From Azolla caroliniana (Eukaryota > Plantae > Polypodiophyta): 64,000 bases of DNA. The stretch covers positions 17,484,001 to 17,548,000 of the forward strand of contig JBHGNT010000015.1 of the NCBI GenBank assembly GCA_043228905.1, in the 5' to 3' direction. The notes under the pieces are model-generated. The model did not search any database and was not told the DNA's origin. It saw nothing but the letters and a program-made list of their open reading frames with translations. This document shows, piece by piece, positions 52,377-64,000 of the stretch. A program made the position numbers and the translations under genes. Within the stretch, counting starts at the first letter, position 1. Every line of letters begins with the position of its first letter.

Positions 52377-52949
52377 CTTTGTACATACAAATGTGCTTAG
52401 TGAGCACTTTTATACAAGTCCATAAAGGACGGTCAAAAGTACTAACAAGTACTTCAATGCTCATAGCTGAGCTACTGACACTAACTCCTAGGAATATAAC
52501 TTCCTAGTAATCTGGGATCGTAGGCCTCTAATGGCCTATTGGCTCTGCACGGGTCTGCTCACCGATCCGACACCCGATCCGATTCGAGCCTAACCGATCG
52601 GTCTTTACCCGATCCGACTCTCAGCTTGTCCAGTCGATCTGGCCCACGTTGAGCATGCTAGCTCAACAAGAATGCTCATTGCATCAATTCAGAATGTTTT
52701 ATGATAGATATATTGAGAGTGTATGCTCACTTACATATGTTTGTCAAAATATGGTTGTAAGTTCTTAATTTCCCCAGATGTCCTAGAGAAATCCTCCAAA
52801 GAGTTTGAGTAACTATATGTGTTATTTGAGTGATTGATATGAGCTGACTGAATTTTATAGGAACAACATTAAATGGAATCATCATCTCAAACTCATGCAA
52901 CAATGGAGTCATCTTCAATTAATGTTAGCCATGGGCCAAGAAGCAGCTA

Positions 52950-54110
52950 AAGAAAAAGGCATCACACATCATATTTTATATGGATAATGGCACACCTCGA
53001 CGATGATGCCATCATTGTGATGTTTGTTGGTCTTCTACAACATCCACAAATACTATAGCAAAGCATTTAGCAGAAAAGCATCGTTTATTAGGTGATTCAA
53101 ACCAAAATTCAGGTATATCATACCACTTTCAATTTTCTATTGGGTCTGCTAAAGTATCTCGTGTTTTAGAGAAGAAAATTGATGGTGACATCATAAAGTA
53201 TAATGTGAAGGGAACACTACCCCATGCACATGTGGAATCACTTGAATTGAAGGAGTTCATTCATCAAATTGTGCCTAGATTTCCAGTGAAGACAAGATGC
53301 ACGATTAAACGTTCCATCTTAGAAATGTATGTGGTGTTGTGCCATTAGGTGATAGATTTGCTATCTAAATGCCAATCAAGATTTTCCATAACTTTTGAGG
53401 GTTGGTCAAATAGTAGTCTAAAGGACGTCTATGCAGTGACACTTCATTGGGCATGTCCTAAGACAACAAGGTCGAGGTCAATGTTATTGGATTTTGTGCA
53501 TGTATTTCTAGGTGTTGGATTAGGGAAACGTTGTGCGCATGCCCTCTTTCGGAGATTTTCATCCTTTGATATTTCTAGTCGATTATTAGCTACTATTTTT
53601 TATGGAGCTAGTGATGCACAAGCTGTTGTGAAGGAGTTGAGCATGTTGTTACAAAATGAACATGGTAAGAAAATTTTGGCTCCATCACATATGTTACGAT
53701 GTATGGTACACACTTTTTAGTTGGGCATCAAGTCATCATTAGAGGTTATCTCACCTTCAACAGAAAAGTTGAGAACAGTGTTCCATACTATAAGATCTAG
53801 TAAGGTTCGAAGGGAAATGTTTAGGAAGTATGCTAGGCTGGTTGAACATCGTGAAGGGGAACCCCCAAGGCTTGATGTTGTTACAATATGGAATTCTACC
53901 TTGGAAATGTTTAGGTAAGCTATCAAGGATAGAGATGTTAACAATTTTAGATTTAACAATATCAAGTGATTTCAATGGTTATGTCTTGACCGAAGAAGAT
54001 TGGAGTCACATACATGCCATGGAGGAATGACTAGATATATATATGCAGAGGTTTCTACTTTTTTGGGAGGGTCAAGATATCCCACATTATCACTAATTTC
54101 CCCACCACAA
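52950..54110 (+). pseudogene. hAT-superfamily transposase relic
   Basis: FSITFEGWSN...YAVTLHW, MLRCMVHTF (CxxH), PRLDVVTIWNSTLEM, LTEEDW, GGSRYPTLS; multiple stops. Confidence 0.8.
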
Positions 54111-55822
54111 AATGTTTCGTTGTTGTGATGTGGCATGGCCAAAGGAGGTGCAAAAAGATACGTGTGGAAGCGTATGCGGAAGACACAGAGTACACGGTCA
54201 ATTAATTGGAAGTATAAAAGTTATTGTAAACACAGAGTAAGGGTGAGAGAGAGAGAGGGATTGAGTGGGGCAAACCACAGTAAACTTCTAATAATTACAA
54301 AATGGTACTCAATACATACGAATGTGCTCAGAGAGCACTTTATATATAAGCCCTGACAAAATGGGTTGACAAGTACTTGAATGCTCATTAAATGAGCATC
54401 TGACACTAACACCTATAATATTCCTATTTACTAAATAAGAATATAGGTCTCTTGCGGCCAGTCGGATTCCATTTGACTCAGCCCAACAACAGATTCGCCA
54501 ATTCAGGCCTAGCCAATCGGTCTTCGTTTGATCAGCTCTCGACTTATTCAACCGATTCAGGCCTAGCCGATCGGTCTTCGTTCGATCAGCTCTCGACTTA
54601 TTCAGCTGATTTGGCTCATGTTGAGCTTGTCACTCAACACTGCCCCTCAAGTTCAACTTGAGGTCCCAATGTGTCAGCTCTAGTCGGTTCTAGCCTCGGC
54701 TTCTTCGGGCATCTTCACGCCTTCCTCGTGCTCCTCGTCTGGTCCGGTACTGTGTCCCATGACCCCTCCGGTTCGACGTTGATCGACCCGTCCAATCCCG
54801 TGCACCTCAACCCCTATGGTTGTCTCGTCTACTCTTCATGCCCTTATCAACTCCCTCGTTGTTGCGGCATTGGCGCCCCTCGACCCGTCGGCTCCTCCGT
54901 ATTGGTGTCGGCTTTGGCCGCCTCCTTGTTCGCTTGACCTTCATAGGATTTGACTCGTCTAAACAATGCCTCTCGACCGAATAAGTTGTCATCGATTTGG
55001 CTTCTTTCGAACCCTTGACCACATCTGCCCATGTCTTGGTCCTGGCCTTCACTTTGTCGGCTCTGTCCTTCTTGGCTCTGCCTCCCCCTTGTTTTGGTCG
55101 ACTCTACCTTCGACCTGTTCTTTCGACTGCTCCCCCTACATTTGGCTAGTCTCCACTTAGCCGATCTTCTTCCATCTGTCCACACGTCTGACATGTCCTC
55201 GACTTCTTCAGCCATTCTAGAAGTTCTGACTTCTTCAGTCGTTTCGAAATCGAATTCTTCACCCGATTCGGCTCCTTGGACATCTCTCCCCTTCTCTCCT
55301 TTTCTTAGGCTTTCGCTTCTCCCCCTCAAGTTCGGCAAGTCGAGATGTTGTAGACCAAGCATAGTCAAGAATTGCCGCAACTTGTCCAGGTTGAGAGGTT
55401 TGGTGAAGATATCGGCAACTTGTTGATCCGTCGGAACACGCACAAGTTTGACTTCATAGGAGAGCACTTGCTCGCAGATGAAATGATAGTGCACCTCAAT
55501 GTGCTTCATGCAAGCATGGAAGACATGGTTTTTAGCGAGTTGGATGCTATTGAGGTTGTCATAATATATCATTGTCGGCACGGACACCTCTACTTGCAGA
55601 TCTGTTAGAAGCCACTTGGCCATATGGCTTCGCAAGTTGCGATAACCGCTCCTTGATACTCGGCCTCAGTGCTCGACAAGGCAACCATCGTTTACTTCTT
55701 ACTACTCCAGGCGATCACGACACTTCCCAATGAAAATGCAAATACAGATGTTGACCTATGATTGCCGACATTTCCTGCCCAATTGACATCCGTGTAGTTG
55801 ACAAATCCATGAGCTACACTGT

Positions 55823-56290
55823 GTCACAGACATGACAACAATCATGTCAAGATTTAAACTCTTAACCTCTTGTATTATAGTCAAGTGTTATGTTCTAACC
55901 AATACATCCAAATACATGATCATGTTATGCATATCTTAGTAGATTATTAGTAGATTACCTATTTCAAGTTCTAGGAGTTTTTAGAAAGTTCTAGAACTAG
56001 AAGGTTCTAGAGGGTTCTAGAGTATTCTCTAGAATATTCTAATGTATGTACCTCGACTCACTGAATAAATACTTGTAACCTCCTTGGTCCCTTTCAAGGG
56101 ATTCAATGCTAGTCATTGACACATCAATCTAGTATTCTCGTTTCATTCCATCTTGTCTCCTTCGTCATCTCTGTCTTCATGCTCTTGTGTCATTCCTAGC
56201 TTCTTAAGTTCCACGCTCATAGCCCCATCATCCGTGCTCCGTCCAAGTCTGCAGTTGGTGTTCAATGGATTCAAACAATCACAGACACAC
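55823..56290. mobile_element. Unclassified LTR-like insert within Copia-B copy 4
   Basis: Abrupt TGTCACAG start; ttctaga repeat cluster and TATA-like AT tract; boundaries uncertain. Confidence 0.45.
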
Positions 56291-56835
56291 CAATTGTGAA
56301 CTCGGACAAAGCATGGATGATGGGGCTACGAGTGTGGAACTTAAGAAGCTAGGAATGACACGAGCATGAAGACAGAGATGAAAAAGGAGACAAGATGGAA
56401 ATAAATGAGAATACTAGATTGGACAGTCATCTCAAATGATGCTACAAGTTTAGACTTTATGCGGCAGATTTCTTCAAGGTCGATGTCGGTGATGACTAAA
56501 TCATCAACATACAGCTAGATGCTTATTGGCCTGTTTCGACCCTGCCAGATGAACATTCATCTCAAATGATGCCGCAAGTTGGGACTTTACATGGCCGATT
56601 TCTTCAAGGTCGATGTTGGCGATGACTAAATCATCAACATATAGCAAGATGCTTACTGGCCCATTCCGACCCTACCGAATGAACAGTCATCTCAAATGAT
56701 GCCGCAAGTTGGGACTTTACACGACTGACTTCTTCAAGGTCGATGAATAAATCATCAACATCCAACAAGATGCTTATTCGCTCGTTCCAACCCTACCGGA
56801 TGAATAGTGACGAGTTGAACTTCGGTGGAGCAAAC

Positions 56836-57397
56836 AGTTGGGAAACAGGTCCCTCTGGATGGGAAGAGAAGAGCCGAGTTGATGAGTAACTCGGCGGAGC
56901 CGAAACCGAAATCATGGATACAACCAACTCGAGAGACTATATTTGTAAATAGTCGAAATGTGCCCCATGAGGGCAATGTATGTAAATAACCAGAAAGTTG
57001 TATAAGTATATATATAACTAGAGCAAACCTTAGTAAAGTGATGTATCATTATTGTGAAATAGAGTTAGTGCATGTCGTGGCTTGTGTAACTAAGAGAAAG
57101 TGAGAGAGAGTATGAGTGTGAGTGAGTGTGTCTCTGTAGCCGTCTATTGACGAGGAAGAACTCGAGGTCGTTGCCTCCAAGCTTCTTGTTGTACTCCTCT
57201 CATCATAATAGTGATTCTGTTTTGGAATTTGTGGATTCCACGTGGTTTTTCCCTGTTCGGGTTTTCCATGTTAAACATACGGTGTCTCTCTGTACTTGTT
57301 TTTCTGTCTTCACGTCTTTTTGTCTATGTATTAGCTCTCTTGTTTTCTGCACCCTAATACGAACGTGTGACCAGTTGTGGCTGGTCGATTCCTAACA
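56836..57397 (+). mobile_element. Copia-A-related solo LTR lacking the tandem array
   Basis: GGAAACAGGTCCCTCTGGATGGGAAG start; aaac on both flanks; host RT resumes. Confidence 0.75.
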
Positions 57398-58205
57398 AAA
57401 ACCCCATCCGACATAACCGTTGCGTGATCTTCGCATTCCAAGCATGCAGGGCTTGCTTTAGTCCGTACAACAACTTCTTCTGTCGGCAAACAACCAATGT
57501 GTTCAATCCAGACTGAAATCCAAGAGGCTGCACCATATACACTTGTTCCTCAAGCTCTCCTTGTAGGAACACGTTTTTGACATCCATCTGATGTAGATGC
57601 CATCCCTTCACTACCACTACCGCCAACAACACATGTAAACAGTCGTCATCTTGGCGACCAACACAAACGTCTCATCGTTGTCAATGCCATGTTGTTATAC
57701 ATAACCTTTGGCCTCCAGTCGGGCCTTGTATCGGTTGACGGAACCATTGGTGTTGTACTTGACCTTGTACACCCATCTACACCCGATCGACTTCACACCT
57801 TTTGGGGCGTCAACCAGGTTCCATGTCTCATTATGCAATAGTGCGTGCATCTTTTCCTCCATTGTGGCACGCCAATTTGTGTCGTTTGCCGCCTCTACGT
57901 AGCACTCCCACTCACGCACTTCCCCCACCTTCGCCATATACGCAAAATGATGTGCCATTTTCTCATTATATTTGTATCGTATTCTAGGGTTCTTCTAGCC
58001 GGTGGATCACGCAACTTTTGGTTCACTGATTTCATGGCCTTCTTGGCAGTGTCATACCTCAACTCTAGAGGTTCCTTATCGTTCCCATCCGTGTCGGATT
58101 GGTCTAATGCATCGGCCTTTGTGCTGTATTCTGACATCTTCATCTTCCCCTTCTCTTTGCGCGCAAACTGTCTCCTCAGTTTCTGGCGTGGGGACTGCAC
58201 GGACG

Positions 58206-59061
58206 TGTTGAGAGACAGGTCCCTCCGGATGGGAAGGGAGAAGGACAGTGCTGATGAACAAACTCGGTGAGAAAGAACCGGATGAGGAGTACCCAGCTAC
58301 GGAGAGCCGGATGGTGCAGACCCGGTGAAGACCGTATGAAGAGTACCCGGCTACGGAGAGCCGGATGGTGCAGACCCGGTGAGAACTGGATGAGGAGTAC
58401 CCGGCTACGGAGAGCCGGATGGTGCAGACCCGGTGAGAACCGGATGAAGAGTACCCGGCTATAGAGAGCCGGATGGTGCAGACCCGGTGAGAACCGGATG
58501 AGGAGTACCCGGCTACGGAGAGCCGGATGGTGCAGACCCGGTGAGAACCGGATGAAGAGTACCCGACTATGGAGAGCCGGATGGTGCAGACCCGGTGAGA
58601 ACCGGATGAAGAGACATGTTCGCAAATATGTTTCTGAGAGTCCATCGAGGCTATATTTGTAAATAGCCGAAAAGTCATATTAGTATAAATATGACTTAGG
58701 GCAAACTTATAGTTGTTGTTGTCATTTCTTGTTGGTGCAAGAAAAGAGAGAATGCGTAACTGTACAGAGAGTGAGAGAGAGAAAGAGGTCGCTGCCTCTG
58801 TTGTAACCGCCGTCTGTGGCAAAGATCGTGAGCACGAGGTCGTTGCCTCCGTGAACTCACTGTTTGTACATTCCAACATAGTGATAGTTTGTAGCCTGTG
58901 GGCTGTTGTGGTTTTTTCCCTTAGTTTGGGGTTTTCCACGTTAAACATCCTGCGTACTCTTCTCTTCCATTGTGTCGTTCTTTATTTCCTGTTTTCTGTG
59001 TATGATCCTAAGCTCGGTTATGGCCGAGTGTTGCGTATAGGGAACGGTTCAGTTCCCGTCA
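58206..59061 (+). mobile_element. Copia-A solo LTR with an expanded 54-bp array
   Basis: Perfect GGACG TSD at 58201-58205 and 59062-59066. Confidence 0.92.
58275..58612 (+). repeat. Tandem array, 54-bp unit, six copies plus a partial
   Basis: gaaccggatga(a/g)gagtacccggctacggagagccggatggtgcagacccggtga at 58275, 58329, 58383, 58437, 58491, 58545. Confidence 0.95.
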
Positions 59062-60212
59062 GGACGAGTCTCCACTACTTGTTGGCTCTTCATCTGACTA
59101 GTCGTTCCGACTCAGTCTCTCATTCGGCCCACTTAGCCGAAATGAGGTCAAACTCTCTTCTAGAGCTCCGATTTCTTCTGCATCTAGGGGCATCTCGACC
59201 TCACTAGTCTCATCCTCTGAATTCAGAATGCAGTTAATGGGGGTTGGAGATGGAGGCAAGCACCATGAAGCCGATTCGTTGAATACACCATCTCGACTAA
59301 CTTGGGTCTGTTTTGTTTGGGGATTATAACATTTATAACCCTTTTGCTTGTCTGAGTAGCTGACTAGAATGCACTTCTCAACTTTCACATCCAGCTTCCT
59401 CCTCTTCTCTTTCGGCACAAGCACATATGCGATGCTATCGAACACCCTCAAGTGTCCTAGATTCGGCTTCTTCCTGAAGTATAGCTCATTTGGAGACACT
59501 CTTCCATTTGTAGATGTCGGATTTTGCAAGTTAACAGATGTCTTGACCACTTCGGTCCAATAGAACTTCGGCATATGATTCTCCTCAAGCATTGCCCGTG
59601 CCGCCTCCTCAATCATCCAATTCTTCCGCTCGGCCACACCATTATGTTCCGGTGTGTATCTAAAGGAGAAGACTTCGCTTTTCTTCTCAATCAAGCATGC
59701 CCAGGTGTGCCGAGTGTAGTCATCAATGAAGGTTACAAAGTAATGACTCCCACCGATACTCACGTTCTGCGCCAACCCCCACACATCTGAATGGTTTAAA
59801 TCGAGCTTGTTACGACTCCAATTATGCTTGTTGGGGAATGGAAGTAAGTATTGCTTCCTGAGTTCTCAGGCTTCGCAAACTTGGCCATTCCGACCAGTAA
59901 ATTTTGGCAAGCTGAAAACGATGTTCTTTGTTTGCATTTCTCGAAGCCAAAGGAAGTTGACGTGGCTGAACTGCTTGTGCCACAAGTTGATATCCTACTC
60001 GAACTTTTGCCCTTTTGTGAACATAGTGGTGCTGGCATTATTCGTGTTAAATAATTAGGTAATTAACTAGGGTTAATTAGGGTCTAATTATGTGAATGTT
60101 CACAAAGCAGTGGAAGATTATGTGATTTGTGTGTGTATGTGTGTGAGAGGAAGAGAGAGAGGAAGATTCACTTATGAACAATAATATTGTGGTTTCCCTT
60201 TCATGCATGTCG

Positions 60213-60633
60213 GTGATGGGAAAAAAATAGTGCTCGGCCACAACCGAGTTCCAATCGAATAGTGGAAGGACAAACAGAAAATAAGACGACATAGAATATT
60301 AATGTGGAAAACCCTAATCAGGAAAAATCATAGGAGTTCTAAGGACTCCGAATAGGATCACTATAGGGAGGAGGTATTACAGTAAGAGTCTTAGAGGCAA
60401 TGGCCTCGAGCTCTTTGTCTTCGCCAATTGGCGGTTACAAACAGAAACGACTTTCGGTATCTCTCTCTCTCTCTCACTGTGTACCACAACAAGAATGACA
60501 ACCACACTAACCTATTTTCCCTAAGTTATATTTATAATTATATAACTTACGGGCTATTTACAAATGTGGCCTCAACGGCCCATTCGAAACATATTTACAA
60601 ATCTATCTCTCTTCACGGTTCATACTTGTTAAC
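60213..60633 (-). mobile_element. Diverged Copia-A-like LTR remnant
   Basis: gctcggccacaaccgag, gtggaaaaccct, caacaagaatgacaac and gctatttacaaat are shared with A LTRs. Confidence 0.6.
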
Positions 60634-60719
60634 AATTAGGTATTAAACAAGGGTTAATTAGTACCTAATTATTTGATTAAGTTAAGCAACAGAAGGTTAT
60701 GTGTTATATGTACAACTCA

Positions 60720-61641
60720 TAAATTACGCCACCAACTCCGAATACGTCAACTATGGTTGGCTATTCATAATTAGACATAGAGCGAACTCTATGACAATCT
60801 CCGACTCCACGTGCACCTCCAACTCGAAAGACATGTGGTGTCGTCTCCCATCATGCGACCCTCCGTCTCTACCTACATCAAACAATGTGCTTTGTGTCAA
60901 CACATCAAACCTACTGGCAAGCCTACGGGAACGCTCCAGCCCATCATCATCACATCACCTTTTCAGCTTGTCGGATGGGATTTCATGGAACCTTTTCCCG
61001 AAACTTAGAGGGGCAACAGGTATATCCTGGTCATAACAGAATACCTCCCCAGATGGGTTGACGTCACTGCGCCAACAATTGCCTCCCAACTTTTGCAGAA
61101 GGTAATGTTTAAGCATGGTTGCCCTGTCCAACTCTTATCTGATCAGGGCCGTTAGTTCCATGGTGATGTCCTCAACGTTGTTGCAACTTAACTAGGTGTC
61201 CAACAAGTGTTTACGTCCCCGTACCATCTACAAACAAATGGCCTCACCAAACGCCTCAACAAGATCCTCAAGCAAGAGATTGCCGCTTACATCGATCCAT
61301 GCCACAAAACATGGGACCAAATCTTTCCTTTCGTCACCCACACCTACAATACATCCGTACAAGCGTCAACGCAGAACAGCCCTTTTCGAGCACTCTATGG
61401 GCGCAACCCTCAGCTCCCACCAGAATCATCCATTGACGTCCATTCCAAACCTACCAACATGGATAGTGCCACTTGGGGGGCTCTATCTCCAACAAATGTT
61501 CCCCCTCCTTCGCCAAGCCAGCTCCCGAAACCTACAAGTCGCACAACAACGCCAGAAGCGGCACTACGACGTGGGTCAAATTACCCCAAAATATGCTAAT
61601 GGGACCAAAGTCCTTGTTTACTTCCCAGTTCAATGGCGCGG
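60720..61641 (+). pseudogene. Decayed Gypsy integrase
   Basis: YIKQCALCQ, PFQLVGWDF, SDQG, SPYHLQTNGL, SPFRALYGRNP, QQRQKRHYD. Confidence 0.8.
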
Positions 61642-64000
61642 TGTTGCGGTAATCCACGCTTGCATGTCGGATTCGGGCGGGACCACCAGGGTCATGGACC
61701 AGGAGGGGAGGAGTTGTCAGGGACCCTAATCCTTCGGAGCTTGCCGCGTTGCCGGCCGATTCGATCCTGGATACCCTCCAAACGCGACCGATAACCCCAC
61801 GGGAAGCGAGAGAGCACGCCCTTGTCCTTGCCGGCCCTTTCGCCCGTATGTACATGGGCCCCAAAGGAGGCATGGGACACGTGCCCACACACACGCACAC
61901 ACCCATATACACAGCCGTTTACAACGAGGACCTCTACACCGGTGACCACACACGCACCCGCTCTTGCACCCTACGCTAACCGGAGACACACACACACCTA
62001 CACACGCAACGCTCGCTGCGATGCCAGTTCCACACGGAGGGGAAGAGGGAGCCTGCACCCTAGGGCTGGTTGGGGAGCCCTCGGGCTCGTCAGTGCAATG
62101 GGACCCTCGTGTAGAGCACGCCTCTTCCAGAACGGCCGCCTCTTGTGCCAAGCCACCTTCAGGGAGTGCACAAGCTCGCTGAACCGAGTGGGCTCTTGCG
62201 CGCCAAGGAGGGAGACCTGCCAACGAACCACCTACCGTGCAAGCTCTGCATAAGCGACATGATCCAACACCTACACACACCCTCGTAGCCATGCCGGCTC
62301 CCGGAGTGCTAAGAGCCAACAAGCAGGAACTCAAGGAAAGCACAGACAGTCCGCGCCACCTGCCACAACCGAACACACCACCTACGCACGCACACAGAAG
62401 ACACCGAAACCCAAATAGAAAACAGAAACAACGCACCCCTACACCAAGACGAAGAAAAGGCAAAGTATATATATGTAAAGGGGAAAGATACAACCCTAAT
62501 AGAGATTCGCCGCCATGGCCGCGGCGCCCCACTTCTCAAGGAGAAGAAGAAAGATTACCAAGAAGTTACTAACCCTAGAAAATTCCTAACCGCAATGACT
62601 CCCGACCCAAAATGGTATACACTCATGACTCAAAATGGGCAACCCCTTTACAAAGGGCGCTCCCTTCCTTTTATAAAACAAGGAGAGGGATGCGTAACAA
62701 TGTGGGATAATCCCATATTACATGGGATCCTCTGTCCCGAATTAAGTACTGTCCGGCGCCCCTATCATTTACACATTTTTACAAGGGTACGTGCACATGA
62801 TGCACTCCGCCGATTCTTCCGATATTCCCCGGTTTCTCACCATGGCCCGGAATCTTCATGACATCCACTCCCACCAAACCGCACGTCCACGGGTACGTGC
62901 CAAGTTCGGAGAAGGGTAAGAGATTCCGGCCGGTGAGGAACCGGTCTTCCGTAATCCGCATTCCGGCTGCGAGTTGACCTTGCCAGTCCCAACCGTCGGC
63001 TCCGGTTCCTTCTCCGCGTTTGCCTCCCCGTAGGCTTGTTCGACCTGTCGATAGGCCATTCGCCAGGATCTCGTAGTGCGCGTTGCCGGGTTGTTTCTCT
63101 TTCGCGTATGAAATAAGGCGGGACCGCAGGGGCCCTGAACCGAGGAGTGTGAGAGACGAGAGGGAGAGAGAGTCGCGGAAAACACAGATGACAGAAACGA
63201 GACAATAACAATATAGATTACAGCTTGCGATGTTACAACCGGCAAGCCGATGACAAACTCTACACATACTCAACACGCATTGAAATACGTGTTGGAGCCT
63301 CTATCGGAAGCACGCGGCTTTCACACAGCAGAGGCAGCCCACTTAACCCAAATCCCTGCAACAATTGTGGTGGAGGAGAGAGCTCAGTTCCCAGTCCAAC
63401 AACACTTCGTCCTCTCTAAAAAAAACGCGCGATCCCCACTCATCCCTTTTTCTCTCCTTTTATAGCACAAGGAGAGAGAAACATTACAGACTGTTACATC
63501 ACTTTTATTCTCGGTACTAGAAAATAGAGATCCTCCTCGATTCCCTACCTAAATGCATTCATGCTACCTAGGATAATTATATCGCCTGCCTGTTCTTAAC
63601 TATGTGCATACATCAAAACAGGTGCCCGTTTGCAAGGGCCGGTTTACGCACACTATCCACTGATTCCACCTAGGGATGGTTTTCTCCGCGATAGCGTGCT
63701 TCCCGTTTGCCCTTCTTTCGACCGCTTGCACACTTCTCATCCCTTCGGATACGCGGTGTCCTTCGTCCGAGGAGCACTCGTGATGGCCCGCTTGGCCTCC
63801 GTCGACCTTCGCGTCGTCCCGATTCTCGTTCCGCGCTGATCTCCACCGCCTTCGTCCCCTCGCCGCCACCTACCTTCTCCTTGGTCTTACGTTGCCACAA
63901 CAGCTGAACTACCAAGGTCTCCGGAACCAGTCTGAAGGATCCCTCTCCGGCCTTCTACGAGAGATAATCTAGACCGGCAACCCATCTTCGCGCCTGTATT
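61642..64000 (-). mobile_element. Gypsy-G-related element H: 3' LTR ~61642-62863, PPT-like tract, 3' internal region running off the window
   Basis: tcttcatgaca|tccactcccacc mirrors the G junction tcttcacgaca|tccgcccccacc; left flank gcgg. Confidence 0.6.
63084..63693 (-). mobile_element. Solo LTR I (G-related) inside H
   Basis: Colinear with the G LTR at both ends and at acacttcgtcctctctaa..cgcgatccccactc; perfect 4-bp TSD GCGT. Confidence 0.8.

Larger units (their letters stand above)
18959..52668 (-). mobile_element. Copia-B copy 2, host of the main nest. Pieces: 18959-19992, 22082-22899, 44448-44853, PBS 51501-51514, 5' LTR 51515-52668.
   Basis: The pieces rejoin across TSDs into a gag-protease-integrase sequence colinear with Copia-B copy 3. 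Confidence 0.8.
54149..60044 (-). mobile_element. Copia-B copy 4, 5'-truncated and decayed: 3' LTR 54149-54639, RNase H, RT, integrase
   Basis: QVADIFTKPL, QMDVKNVFLQG, FIDDYTR; three tandem ~130-bp RT copies at 56424-56810. Confidence 0.85.

Noticed and set aside
58275-58612. CRISPR-like periodic array and the 18-aa repeat ORF (58076-58948)
   Set aside because: Units are contiguous with no unique spacers, there are no cas genes, and the array lies inside a TSD-flanked solo LTR. The ORF is a by-product of a 54-bp period.
60045-60690. Telomere-like ttaggg words and short inverted repeats around an LTR remnant
   Set aside because: Not a TTTAGGG tandem array, and no TSD or boundaries could be supported.
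61726-62572. 268-aa and neighbouring ORFs as a host gene
   Set aside because: Low-complexity (CA/GT-rich) sequence inside LTR H with no domain signal.

Overview
Eukaryotic plant DNA, most likely a fern or other non-seed plant (inferred from the PLS-type PPR relic, the TE-filled first intron and the retroelement types). Bases 1-12850 hold the 5' 18 exons of an exocyst SEC3 gene on the minus strand. Its 7.5-kb first intron is filled with decayed Copia sequence, it has one GC-AG intron, and the gene continues off the left edge. The other ~51 kb is a nested LTR-retrotransposon island that I resolved by LTR ends, PBS/PPT and target-site duplications (TSDs). Family letters are my own labels. A Copia-B element (~18959-52668) is split by a deleted Gypsy-E copy, a full Copia-A, and two solo LTRs. 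The Copia-A contains Gypsy-E, which contains Gypsy-G, giving four nesting levels. A hAT transposase relic, a PPR pseudogene and further Copia/Gypsy fragments are also present. Main leads: (1) a Gypsy group with fungal-like Pol motifs and a tRNA-Trp primer site, whose LTRs sit in CpG-centred 4-bp targets (GCGY); (2) tRNA-like A/B-box cassettes and RY-motif blocks at the same position in two of those LTRs; (3) a reconstructable ~920-aa extra 3' ORF in Gypsy-E; (4) a ~210-aa basic Pol tail between two PPTs in Copia-B; (5) CCGG-rich variable tandem arrays in Copia-A LTRs. Coordinates were read by eye; decayed-element boundaries are approximate and no database searches were run.
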